A stretch of 64,000 nt of DNA from Lama glama (lineage: Eukaryota), in assembly GCA_028534125.1 (NCBI GenBank), contig CM052824.1, positions 60,574,001 to 60,638,000 on the forward strand. The letters run 5' to 3'. This document shows, one piece after another, positions 24,794 to 37,660 of the stretch. Position numbers and translations under genes: made by a program. The notes below the pieces were generated by a model. That model was given only the letters and a program-made list of their open reading frames with translations, had not been told where the DNA came from and ran no database searches. Each line of letters opens with the position of its first letter. Position 1 is the first letter of the stretch.

Positions 24794-26508
24794 GTAAGAG
24801 AGGTCGACCCACTCAGGGAACCTGGGGGCTTGGTCTGGTCGCCCCATCAGCTGCGCCACAGATGGGGCCTCCCAGGTGTGCACATTCAGGGGGGCCTTCC
24901 CCACCCACCTGGACGTGGAAAGGCACGGACGTGGAGGGCAAGGCTTCAGCCCACCCCGGAGTCCGCATGCTTCCGTGGCCTGCGGAGCAGGGAGTGGTGG
25001 CCGGGTTGAGGATGTCCCTGCACCGAGGGCCTTGATGGGAGGGGGCCGCCGAGTGGAGCCCCACCCATGTCCCACGCTGTCCTATGGAAACTCGCTCAGC
25101 CAGGCCCAACAGGGGTGGCGCAGAGTGACCACAGGGGCCTCGTTCCTCTTGGGGCCTGCAGGACACTGGGTGTGTGGACAGGGGCTGGGAGGACCCACCA
25201 GGCGGGCACCAGGCCCCTCGGGCAGGAGGGCGGGCACTGTGGCTGGCACTTCGTCTCCAAGCATCCCTCTCCGCTCTTCCCAGCTGAGTTTGGGTCTCTG
25301 CCTGACACAGTGGACAGGGCTGTGTGGTCCTACAGGGAGGCCAGGGGACGCCACACTCCTCCAGCCTCGACCCTGCGGAGGAAGGCTGGATTCGGGGGAA
25401 GCTTTCCTGGCAGCACCTTCAAGCCACGCAGCCCCGGGGCTCAGGCAGGGCTGACCCTCACCTCCCACCCAGACCCCAAGCACCTCGGCGCCATGAGCAC
25501 GACCTCACCCCTCCCGGAGCCGCCGGTGCCCCCGCCACCTAGGGTCTCCTTTGCGGGTAGAACTGTGAGGTGCGGCAGAGCAGGGCTGGGCTGGAGGCAG
25601 GAGGTGCTGGCAACTCGGCCACAGACCCTGAGCAAAATCACTGCTCCCCCGGAGGGCACCCAGTCCCTGGGCAGATGGGACGGGAAAGCACGGCCCCTCT
25701 GGTGGCAGGGAGGGGCCTCGGGGGCCAGGGAGGGGCCAGGCCTTCCAAGACGCCCACCTGCCGCCGCGGCCCAGCCTCCGACCCAGGTGTGAGGCTCCTG
25801 GGTCCACGGGAGCTGAGGTCAGCGTGCTGTGGGCGCCTCTCGGGGCACAGAGGGAACTAGCCCACAGAAAAGCAGAGGCCTGCGGGCCAGACCCAGCATC
25901 AGAGCCCTAGGAAAACAAGAAGCACGGGGCATGCGGGAAGGGGGCCCGCACCCGGCCTGAGCGGCTGCAGCGGCCCCGGGGGCGCCGTCGGGTGTGGGGC
26001 GGGCTGGCAGGACTCCCCTCTCAAGGCGGACCCGGGAGGAGCCGCTTCCAGTGGAAGGTGTTGTCGTGTTGAGTCGCGGTTTGTGAACTAAATAGGAAGC
26101 TCGCTTTGCACGGTGAGTGGCGGAGCACAGACTGAAAAAAGGAAAAGAAGAGAAACAGGCAAGGGTTCCCACGTCTGCCCAGCGTGTGGGTCTCGGGGAC
26201 GCGCGTGGGAGGCAAGAGCCAAAGCACCGCAAGGGTAATGCGCATAAACGCGCACAGACCCCGCGCCAGGTCCTGTGGCTGTGGTGACTTGGCGGCTGAG
26301 GTCGGTGCTGAAACGTCTCGATTTCAGCAAAAAGAAGGCTCTGGCGGTCCAATTCCTCCAACGAGACAGGGCACAGCCTGCCAGCTCCGCTGAGGGGTTT
26401 CCAGTCCTCTGCTGGGGGTACCAGCCCAGGGAGGTCTGTGTACACTGTGCGACTGCCCCGTGCCGCGTCTGTGTTCCCTGCAAGCTGGGAGTCCCGGGCG
26501 GAGGCTGC

Positions 26509-26565
26509 GGGCCCGGCCTGGGGGAGGCCCGGCCTAGGGAGGCCCGGCCTGGGGAGGCCCGGCCC
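26509..26565. repeat. ~15-bp GC-rich tandem repeat (GGCCCGGCCTRGGGA), about 3.5 copies
   Basis: ggcccggcctgggggaggcccggcctagggaggcccggcctggggaggcccggccc. Confidence 0.85.
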
Positions 26566-29500
26566 GTTCTCCCCAGGGAGCCCATCTCAGTGAAGTGGAG
26601 CTCCTTGTCCGAATATAGAAACGCGGGAGGTATTTTTAACCGTGAACTCTCCCGCAGCTCACGGCCATCCCCCCTCCACTGACCCGGGGGCCCACTTGGG
26701 GAGGGGCAGGGCCCCGGATGGAGAGGCCCCCGTGGGGCCTGGAGCTGCCCTGATTAAACAGACACGTCCACGCATAGACATGGAAGCCCTGGCCTGGCCA
26801 CATGCCCTTCCCCGAGCCCACCTCCTGGGCCCCGGGTCCTTAACCACCCTCAGACCCCGCACCGTCCCTGCCGTCCAGCACTGCCCTCGGGGCACTGGCC
26901 TCATACTTCTCCCAGGGCCCCAGCTCTGCCCGGGTCCCCTTGCCCCTCTGCGTGTGGGTGTGGTCCTCTGCCCCCACCCAGGGAAAGAGCCCCGGGGCCT
27001 CTGGCCAGGAATGTGGGATGTGGGCCACCCTGATGACCCCACCACCACCCTGCCACCTCCTTACACTTGTCTGGACACCAACACCCTGTGCCAGTGTCCA
27101 AACCTGGCTCCTGACCCAGAAAGCCCACCTTCTGGATTCCTCAGAAAACTGCCCCTCCCAGCAACCAGGCCGCCTCCGCCAAATGGGAAGCACCTGGGCC
27201 TTCAGAGGCTGCGTCGGGTTTGCGTTGAGAACCTGCGAGAAGCCAGGTGGATGGTTCCCGCTGGGTCCGCACCCCCTCGGGGGGCAGGGTGTTTGCACAG
27301 AACTGGCCCCTGGGTGAATGGGGCCCAGGGACAGCTCCCCCTGACACCCTGCGAGGCCCCACCTGGCAGCCAGGTCATGGGCTGGGACTCTGGTTTGTGA
27401 ATGACGGACCCAGGGGGTGGGGCGCGGGCACAAGGACGAGGCGCCCTGTGGCCAGTGGGTCCTCGCGGGCTCTGAGCTCCTTCCCCTTCCAAGGGCCACC
27501 GTGGCACCGTCGCACAGACAGCTGGGTTTCCGGGGGCTCCGTCCGCCGTCACTGGGGCCCCTGGTTCTGCAGCGGGGAGCACGCTGAGGTGCGTGCAGGG
27601 CCAGTCGGGTCTTCCACTGGCTCCCCCGCCCCCAGGATGCCTCGGCAAACGCAGAGACCGCAGGGCCGCTCCGTCCATAGTCCATCGAGGCTAGCCCAAG
27701 CCCCAGTCTCCATCTGTAATTCTACATCCATCCGCCTCCCAGGTCTACAGTGAGCTCCCTGGAGGGAGGGGTGGCCAGAGGGAGGTGACCAACAGGCAAA
27801 GGCTGGGCGGGGCCGGCAAGGGGGCTGCCTGTAGTCTCACCCTGTGGCACCCGGAAGGCACAGACCAGCGGTCACTCCTGGTACAGCCTGAGGCTGGCGG
27901 AGACCCCACCGAGGCCCCGCCGAAACCCCCCAGGGCCACCGAGCCCAGGCCCTCCCCGCCCACTCTTCCCTCCCAGCAAACGCAGCCCTGCACCCGAGAG
28001 GGGTTTTCACTCATCTCAGACGTCCGGCCCTTCTCGCTAAAGACGTAGGTATTGACAGGAGCTAATTACAAACAGCCGTGACCGTGTCCCTACTTGCTCT
28101 GAATCTCGGGCCAGCTGGCAGACACGGCTGCAGACGAGGCTCCCAAGGTGTAACAGTTTTCCTCGGTGCAAGATGGAGTGTGTGTGGATGACTTCCTCAC
28201 CCGGGAACGGTGGCCCACCTGCCTGGCAGGGTGCAGCCGAGCCCTCACCCTGATGTCTGGTCGCCAAGCGTGCAGCAGGTGATGCCGGAAACCCTTCCGT
28301 TTCCCCTGAAATCCCGTTCCCAGCAGCCTGAGTTTGAGGCCTTTGGACATGGTGGCCTAGTGACATCTGACACCTGGCAGTGACCGTGGAGTCGCTGGGC
28401 TCGCATATAGGTTTTGGCCTCTCAGTGCTGGACCCCAAAGCCCAGGCAGGATGGGGAAACAGCTGGATTCAGGTGGCTGCCATCCCACGGGGCGACCTGA
28501 GCGAAGTCCGGGACAGGCCAGCACCCCTCAGCTTCCGTCCCCGTAGAAGGTGCCCAGGTGGCCAGCTGTGGGGCTGGGCCCAGGGCACACTGGGCCCCTC
28601 AGAGCAGCCTTGGCCGTGCCCACAGCCTGAGTAGCCCTGCACACAGCAGCCACCTCCCTGCCCTCCAGCCCCCGAGCCCACTGTGGATCCTCACCTGGTG
28701 ACCACAGGACACCGCACATTGGCCACTTGTTAGCTCCTCCCACCGTGACCATCCGGGGTCTCCAGCAACAGGAATGATTGAAAAGGTGCCTCTCCATCCC
28801 CCAGAGGTTAGCGTGACACACCACCCTGTGACTTTGGAGCTGAGGGGGTCTTTTTCCCCTTAACAAGGGGGCATGTTCAGGAGGAGCCACTTGACTTTTG
28901 TGACAACGTTCAGGCTTAATGCTGAAATATCTTTGACAAAGAAAAATTACCTTTGAGCTCCCTAAAATAGGGACTTCAATAGAGGGAAGGGGTCCCTCTG
29001 GGGCAGACTGGCACCCTCTGCCTGGGGGTCTCGGCCTTCCCAGAGCCTGGCCAGCGGCCCCCAGGTCCCGGCCCCTCCAGCAGACACACCCTCACCTCTT
29101 GCTCTTGTAGGGATGGGGCACATGCCTACCTGGGGAAGGGGCCCCGGTTCAGCTAAGTCCTGGGGCCCATCATCACAGACCCCTGCCCTGTGGGCGGAGC
29201 AAGGCAGGGTTTGCACCCACCCGCAGAGCTGGGCTGGAAGGGCCCCGCGTGTGGCCCACAGGGGAGGGGCGGGTCCTGGGGGGTTGCATAAGAGATGGGG
29301 CCCGGCTGACCGTCTCTTCCCCAGGAATGGCTGGGCCCTGGCACCCCTGTTGTCCCCACGTCTGTGGCTTCTTCACTGTATCAAAGTCTGATTCCTGAGC
29401 TGCTGCCTCACTGCAGTCAGGGGAGCCTGTCCCCCCAAAGCCAGGGAGACGAACGGCCCAGGGCTGGGGCAGCCCCTCGGTGCAGACCCAGGACCTGGAG

Positions 29501-32500
29501 GTCGGCGGGTGGCCCCGCACAGCGCGGCTTCCCCGGGAGAGCGCGGTCTTCACCGCAGGCCTCACTGCATTCCTGTGGAGACATTCCTGGCATATTACGG
29601 AATTTCACAACATGACACAGAGCCCTGTCAGACCCTGAGTGATGGAGGGTGTCAGCTGCAGGAGGCGGGCTCCATGTCACAGATGTGGCCGCGAGCGTCC
29701 CCCACACACCGCCGCTGCCACCACACACGAGACTTCCAGAGAGATGGGGGCACGTGGCTCGGTGCAGTCCCCCAGAAACCCTGAATGCACGCGTTGTGGC
29801 AGGACGGCGGCCTGCCTGTGACTGTGGCGATTGGCCCTCGACCTCGCCCGAGACAAGCCAGAGCCCCTCCCGCCTGCTCGCTCTGGGCAAGTGGGTTTAA
29901 TTAGGACCTCGGTGATTCGTTAACCAGTCATCAGGTCGACCGAAAGAGCTGATTAATCTCTTCCTTGAACAGATAGTTGATGCCCGCCTCTCGCAGGGGC
30001 GCAGTGACCTCCATGCATCTAAGACACAGGCTTTTGTCCGCTTTGAAAGGCTGCCCCAGCGAGCACCCCCGCCCCAGCCTGCATCCCGGGCTCCCCACCT
30101 GCCAGCCGCCCCCTGTCCACTTCAGGGTCCAGGACAGCTCTCGGGGCAGGACGCGGACCCAGGGGCCCACCCCAGCCAGTCCCGCCCGATCCAGAGACAC
30201 TCTGGGTGGGTGTCAGCAGGGTCAGTGGGGTCCTGTCTTTGACACCAGCCCCACCAGGTGCGCTGGGCCCCGGCGGCAGGCCTTGCAGGTGAGGAGCCAG
30301 AGCCTGGTTTGTGCAGCAAAGCAGGGCCAGCAGAGAGCACAGCATGGGCTCGGGCCACAACGGGTAGACCCCACAGGGGAGGCTCACCCCAGCAGCTGGC
30401 TCCTCAGCCCCTGCAACGGAGCAAAGGCCCAGGGCTGCCTGCCTCTCCGGCCTACCCCGCACCACAGCTGCCTCTGAGGGCCAATTCTGGGACCCTCTCC
30501 CTCCACTCTGTGTCCTAGCCAGGGTCCAGCCCACGGGGCTGTGGGCAAATGCTACTGATTCTCGAATGGCCCAAAGAATCCCCACATGAGGACCAGGGTA
30601 AAGTCCATGGGCCCCTCTGCCTCCCTATGCCTCTACCCCCACTCCCACCCCCACGCCTACCCCACACCCACAGTGCCCTCCAGCCTTGGCACGTGCAGCC
30701 CCTCAGCTGAGAAAGCCTCCTGGCGTGTGACCCTGTCACCAGGGAGAGCACTGGGGACTCTCCGAGGAGCGGGTCTCCTGCAGAGCATCCCGGCTCCAGG
30801 CAGGGCAGCGTCCTGGCAAATCCTGGGCCGGGGGGGGGGGTATCTCAGGCAAGAGCTCCCAGGACAGCAGAGGGCCCTGAGGAGACAGGACAGCCGGGCC
30901 CGCATGTGGCCGGTGGCTGGGCCCCCGCTGCCTGAGCTCGGCCCTCTGGGCACCCTCACCCGGGCAGGGACCCCACACAGGGTGGGCTCAGCCTCTGCCC
31001 CCCGTCCCTCAGCTGGAAGCTCCTCTGGGCGGGCGTTATGGGAAACGAGAGAAAGGGAAAGTTCTTTACTTCTTTAGAAACTCTTGGAGACGGAGGCGTG
31101 AGCCCTGTCTTGTCAGAGCAGGAGCCACAGTGGGGGTGCTTCCCACCTGCCGCAGGGCTGGGGTGTGCTCCCTCACGGCAGACAAGACAGGACGGACGAG
31201 GAGGCCGAGGCCAGCCGGGCGGGGCCCTCGCCCCTTCACGCCTCCCTCTGGAGACCAGCAGGGCCTGGGGCTGGCGGCCCGCTGCTGCCCGTGGGACCAG
31301 GGCCGAGCTGCCTGGGGGAGGCGAGGGCCAGGCCGTGCCTGCGGCTGTCACTCCAGGGCTCAGGGCCCTGGAGCTCCCAGTCCTCGGGGGCCCTAGGGAG
31401 GAGACGGCAGGTTCCAGTCGGCCCCACATCAGGGCCTGCCATGATTCTCCAGCCGGACGACTGTGTTAATTTTGGAACTTCCTTGTGGGCTCCCAGGGCT
31501 CCTCCCCACATGAGCAGCAGGTCAGGGGGGCCTGGGTCGGCTTCTTTGCAGGCCACAGACCCTCAGGGTGACAGCTTTCCCCAGTTCGGGTCTTAACAGG
31601 TACTTGACTCCGCAGCTACCCCGCTCCCACTAGTACTGGTGGCCACGCAGGATGCCCATGTGGCCGGCGGAGATGGCCACACCCCCGCCCCAGGCCACCT
31701 GGGGGCTCTCCCCTGCCCAGGCCTCGGGAAGGGGTCCCCACCCTCTCACACCCAGATCAGGTCTCAGGAGAGCCACACCCCGGGCTGTACCCATGTCCAC
31801 CTCAGAGACTAGAAAACTGATGGCCACGAGGGTCAGGACCAGGGCCGACCGAGCTGGGAGCCCACGTCTCCAGGCCCCTGCCCCCTGGGTCTGTGGGTAG
31901 ACAGGCCCGGGTCACATGGTCTGCTGGACACACTAGTCTCACTAGGGAAGCAGTCACTCCAGAGCAGGAACCCCTTTCTCTCACCGCCCACGATGCCCCT
32001 GGCCACAGGGTCCCACGCCTGCTCCCCCAGTGCCTGCCTCTGCTCAGATGTCCCAGCAAGTGTCCTGTCCAAATGTGGCCCTTTTCTAAGCTCTGCCCAC
32101 TTGGTCTCCAGACCCAGACCACGTGGAAAGGCACTGAGAAGCCACATGCCAAACAGCTTGGCTGCGGCCGCCACGCCCCGCTCAGGCTGCAGTGGGCACT
32201 GCCTTGGCGACGGTTCTGCTGGGGGTCACATTTGCTTGTGGCAACTTCAGCGAAGTCCCCAGGGCGGACTCGGGGGCTTTGTGACGTTCCAGGGCAGTCC
32301 TGTGACACACCAGCTCTGGCTGGATGCTCTCAGGGCCTCCGGAGAGGAAAGGTGTGGCCACGGGGTCACAGGGCACACTGGGGCCACTTGTGCTGAAGGG
32401 ACAGCTGGTGAACCGTTGGGTTACCAGCAGGGTTACGACGTGGACCCTCGCAGGAGGCCCTGCTGGACCACGTGTCCCGATGGGGCAGGCAGGGGGCCCA

Positions 32501-32849
32501 GGCCTCATGGGGGCCCCGCTACAGGCCCCATTTCACAGGGACACATGGTCAGGTCAAGATGCCACTGGGGTCCCTGGAAGGACAGCCCCATGCAGCAGGC
32601 GCAGAGCGAGGAGGCAGGAGCCCGAGGAGCCCCACCCTCGGGGCAGGTCACGGAGAGGGAGGTGGTGCTCTGCGCACGAGGCCTCGGCTTGGTCTATATG
32701 TACAGCAAACGCCTCTGCTTCCGGCCAAGATGGAGAGCAAAGGCCCCACCTGCCTCCATAGGAAACAAGTCAAAAGCTGGACCAGCGCCTCAAGAGTCTG
32801 CACGTCCGATGTCGTGTGGCGGGGAGCCTCCGACCACCCCAGCTCACCG

Positions 32850-33800
32850 CCTCCAGAGCTTCCAACTGCAGCGCCAGCAGAGGACCCAGGCGGGTTCAGG
32901 GGTCCCCGGAGGGCAGACACGGAGCTGGGAGTCCCAGGAAGCCCAGGCAGCAAGAGTTTGCAGGACGGAGCACCAGAGAGGAGAGAGCCACAGAGTCTGC
33001 AGAGCAGGGATCAGCGCGTGGTGTGAGGAGCGTGCTGGAGGCCGGGAGAGAACCACTGAGAGGCCAGGGGAGTCCGGTCCCGAGCGCACACAGGCCTGTG
33101 ACAGTGCCCGCTCCGACAGCCAGACTCACTGGCGTTGGCAGGGTGCTCACGAGGGTCCCACCTGACAGTGGGGTATAATTAACCCTGCCTGAAACCCCAC
33201 CGACAAACCTTAAAGGCAAGACCCAAAAGGCTCAAACTGTGTTTAAGTAACGTAACGGGACCGAGGCCCTTGATGAGAGCACGGAAGCCCCAGCACAGGA
33301 AGGGAACGTCCACGGCGTCCGGCGTCCCAGCAGGCGCGCAGACGAGGCAGGCGGGCAGCACGCACAACCAGGGGAGGAATCAGCCCACGAGGCTGGCCCG
33401 GACGGCACAAAGGAGGGGTCCGCAGACAAGGGCACGGGGCCCAGGGATGCGGACGGGATGAAAACCCCAAGTCAAACGCCCAGAGATGAAACCGCGCGGG
33501 GCAGAGGTGACAGCCGAGGAGGGCGCGTGGACTTGAGGACACGGCCATCCACAGCGAAACCCAGAGAGAAACACAAGACTGGACTCAGAAAGCAGAACTT
33601 GCTCATTAAACCGTGAGACTTCAAGAGACCAAATACACACAGAATCGGAGGCTCCCCGGTGGTGGGGCGAGGAGGAGCGGAAAAAGTATTTGAAGATGTA
33701 ACGGCCAAATGTTTAAAAATTTGATGAAAGTGATAAACCCACAGATCCCAGACACTCACGGGCCTCAGGCACCAGAAACACAAGATGAGGACACGGACCA
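32850..33800 (+). mobile_element. L1M 5'/ORF1 fragment
   Basis: A-rich sense strand (gaaaaagtatttgaagatgtaacggccaaatgtttaaaaatttgatgaaagtgataaacccacagatccca), homologous to the antisense ORF1 relic at ~5750-5950. Confidence 0.65.
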
Positions 33801-35459
33801 CAGGTGAAGGGAAGGCCCGGCCCCTCCCCAGCCCGGGTCGCGAGTCTCCTCAGCGCCCTTTCTCGCGGACCTAGAGTCAGAGTGGATTCGTTGGCGTCCC
33901 AGCTCTGCTCCCTCCTGACTCCTGGGGGCTCAGCCCAGCGCTGTGTGCGCAGCTGGTGCCCAGTCGAAGTCTCTGCGGCCCGACAGAACCTCCCCGCACA
34001 CCCCTGCCCGGTGCCACAGCTGCGCGCTCAGCGGCGGGTCTCCAGGCCACCGGGCCTTGACCCCTCGGGTCTGCGCGAGCCACCCGGTCACTCCGCACCG
34101 CCTCCGGCTCCTTGCTGGCTCTGCCTCTGCTTTCTCGAAGCCCTGGGGGTTCTGTAAAAACTCTCAGAACTCTTGGAACCCCGTTTATTTCTCTTAAAGC
34201 TGGCGGCCTGACAGGTCCTGGTTATTCTTAGAGCTGAATTATTTATCTGCCTTCCCTCCTTCCCCACACTTCAGAATCTTTAACGTGGCTCCTGGGTCCC
34301 AGCCAAGGCCCATTTTCCCCCACTCGAAATGAAGTAATTTAAAAATCTTTTGTCCTTAATTTTTTTATCACCCAAACCACGCCTGTGGTATTTCAGCCTG
34401 GCAAGGGGTCAGTACCTGACAGGTCACCGAGCCGGTGCCAGGAGCCCCAGCGCTCACCGTGGCCCTGGTGACCAGAAACCACTAGCCACGAAGGGCATGG
34501 TGGGGGCTCCTGGCTTCCCCCAAGTCCCTCTGCAGGAGAATTCAGGGCAAAGCCCAGCCTGGTACACCTGGGACCCCCGTGCCTCTAGCGGCCCCAGGAT
34601 TCAGGTTGGCCGTCCACACGGTGCCGGCTCCCTTGTCCCCCAGGGGTGTGGAGGAGGCCAAGGGCCTGGCTCAGGAGCAGAAACCGGGGATGCGGGCCCG
34701 GGCTCAGCTAGGGGCACAGGGCCGCATGGGGCCACCCGCACTTCCCTCCAAGGCAGAGCCCAGGCGGGTGACCTGGCCAGGACACAGCCAGGTCCACCCA
34801 GACAGATGACCCTCCCTGTGGGTAGCAGGGTGGGCCCATCACTCGCTGCAGAGCAGAGGCCTGCGTGGCCCAGATGGAAGCACGGAGCTGGGGCCTGGGG
34901 GCCACGCAGCTGCGGCCAGAAGTGAGTCTCCATCCCCAGGACGGGCAGGCCTGCCCCCAGCTTGGCCCACTTCCAGCTTCGCGGCTGCATTTTCTTTCCT
35001 GCCTCGCAAGGGCACACAGCACCCCCGCCCCACCCCACGGAGCCCCGGCTGCCCCCGTCCCTTCTTGCTCTTTCGTTCAAGCAGACTCCGCGCACCCCGT
35101 CTGCTGTTTCCCAAGCGGTCCGTCTGCTCCGCGTTGTGAGCCCTCCAGGCAGGGCCGAGCCCCACTTCTCGAAGCGACATCTAAGTTCTGAGGCTGTGGG
35201 ACGGGAGCCGTCTGTCTGTCCATGAGCACGTTTGGGTGTAGATGGTGAAGTTCAGGGGGCAGGCCCGGTGGGGACCCTTCCCTCCAGGTGCAGGTGGAGC
35301 AGCCAGGGGGCTTGTACGCACTGCCCGTCAAAGGAGAGGCGGGCCCAGCGGGGCAGGGCGGACGTGTGCGGGCCCACCTGAGGCCTCTGCTGTCCTCAGG
35401 GCCCCTGGGTGCGTGGGACCCCGGGCAGGGCATTCAGGGGCCTTCTCTTCTCCCCACAG

Positions 35460-35506
35460 GCCTGACAGGGCGGCCATGGCAGAGCCAGCGGCAGCGGCCT
35501 TCCCAG
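35460..35506 (+). CDS. MORN1: MORN1 coding exon (equivalent to human exon 13)
   Basis: Acceptor ttctcttctccccacag| and donor G|gtagga; 47 nt, phase 2/1, linking exons 12 and 14 in frame. Translates PDRAAMAEPAAAAFP, versus human PEGRATEEQAAAAHL. Confidence 0.85.
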
Positions 35507-37449
35507 GTAGGAGGGCAGTGGGTGGACATGGCCGGGAGGTGTCTCCAGCTGTGGCTCCACGATCCGAATGGATGGTTTATGTTGAGCTCTGAGGACAGGC
35601 TGCCTGCTGTCATCCTCTGAGCACGGCCCTAAATGCAACAGCTGTCTTGATGAGGGCAGCCGGGAACTGGGAGGGCAGCCCCCAGGGCCTCGGGCGGGCT
35701 CCCCGGGTGCCCCGAGGCCGCACGAAAACTGCCCTGGCAGGTGGAGGGTGTGCAACAGGCCCAGGGCCTCACCAGAGCGTGGCCTCTCAAAGGACTGCGG
35801 GTGCCGGGCAGGGGGCCTCCGTGTCCCCTCGGCCAGGGCGTGTGTTCCTGGCTGTTTGTCTCTGGGGTCCTGACTGGAAGGCTGGCAGGCCAGTGTTGGG
35901 GCGGAGGGGGCCCAGGCTCCAGGCAGTGCCCCACCTCCTGCTCTGGGCTGGCACTGGCTGTTCCAACAGCAGCCACACTCACCTGCGGACCGGCCAGGAG
36001 GGCCAGCACCAGGGTCACCCCATCAGAACCCTGGGACCCCAGCGTGGTGGAGGGCGACACCCCCGCCCCCTCCCGGGCTCTGGCTAGGAGAGGCCAGCAG
36101 GCGATCGGCTGGATTTCCAGGCTGTAAGGGGCGAAGCCAGGTGAACGGCCGAGTCTCTGAAACGTGGGCCAGGCCACACCAGGCTTGGCAGGGACACTGG
36201 GCCCCAGGCCCACAACAGGCCCACGTGGCGGCTGGGGCCAGGCCCTGGTGGTTTCTGAGGCTGCAAGATGGCCCCCAGCCAGGCCCTTTCCCATCTGCTG
36301 GGAGAAGGGCCCCGGGACCAAGGTCAGATGAGGCTGGGGCTCGGCTCTGCGGCCGCTGCCCGCTCAGAGCTCGCCGGCTCTGCAGCGGCGCCCTTGGCCG
36401 TGGGCTGGGGTGCTGTGTGTTCCTGGGAACACCTAGAAACCGGCTGCTTGGAAACACTGCGGTGTTGCCATGCGTGGTTTTCCTCCAGGCCGGCCAGGGA
36501 GGCCCGGTGCCCCGGCTGTGGAATGTGGGCCCCCTCCCAGGCCCCCCGGCCCCCCAGAACCGTGGTTTCTTCCGAAGGAACTGACTCAGGGCTGAGCAAA
36601 TTCCTGCCAGCCCCAGAGGCCCTTTCCCGTCCTGCCCCAGGAACGCAGGGCGTCCGCAGCCCCCGGGCTGGCCGGAGTCGGAGGGCAGCCGGCAACGAGG
36701 GAAGCGGCCCGCCCCTGTCTTCAGCCCCGGGTGCTGGAATGTTCTCTGACGGTGGGAGCCGACTCCCGCGCCCTGTTTCAGCTGCGGCCGCGTTCCTGGT
36801 GGGAGCCCAGGCCAGCCCGGCGAGCTTTTTCCAAGCTCCGGTGCCAGCCCAGCGGGCCCGGGGCGGGGAGGGGCGGTTTCCAGGGCAACCCCGCTTTCTG
36901 TTATTCCTTATTTTCTTTTTTATGGTTTCTCCAACTTTGAAACTCTCCAGACAGTTTGCAGACGGCTTTCCTTCTCTCCTGCATCGCCCAGCCCCCACCA
37001 CCCCAAGAGCCCCTCCCCACAAAATAAACTGGACAACCGTGTCTTCAGAGGCTAATTATGTTTAAAAAGCCTTCTAGAGAAAGTGAATTATTTTTCTCCT
37101 AAAAAGATAGGAAAGTAGTTTCAAAAGGACGCCTGCCCTCAGCCACGTAGCCCCACTGGCCAGGAGGGGAGACCTTGAACCCAGCCCACCCTGCAGAGCT
37201 GAGCTGTGTCCTGAGGTGGGAGGCGGCTTCATTCACCCCAAAGTCATTTATCCACCTCCGTTGTACAGCCAGCCACCCAGCAAGACAGCAACCAGGTCCC
37301 AGGGTCCCAGAGGAGAAGGGCCCGGAGCCCCAGCGGGGCCCTGAGGCAGGAGCCCCAGATCAGGAAGTGGGGCTCGGGGTGCCGCTGACGAGGGGCAGAG
37401 AGGCTCTGGTGGGGCAGGAGCCCGGCAGGCGGGGGCAGCTGGGGAGTGA

Positions 37450-37620
<171 letters not shown>

Positions 37621-37654
37621 GGGGCCGCCCGATGTACCTACCGCCACCAGCTTT

Positions 37655-37660
37655 AATAAA
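37655..37660 (+). terminator. MORN1: MORN1 polyadenylation signal AATAAA
   Basis: Canonical AATAAA 34 nt after the stop codon, with an upstream TGTA element. Confidence 0.8.

Noticed and set aside
28959-28974. CCCTAAAATAGGG as a CArG or MEF2 site
   Set aside because: It has seven A/T between CC and GG (CArG needs six) and only three between CTA and TAG (MEF2 needs four).
31993-33165. 390-aa plus-strand ORF
   Set aside because: It runs into an L1 5' relic, shows no recognisable homology, and is not needed for the phase-consistent MORN1 model.
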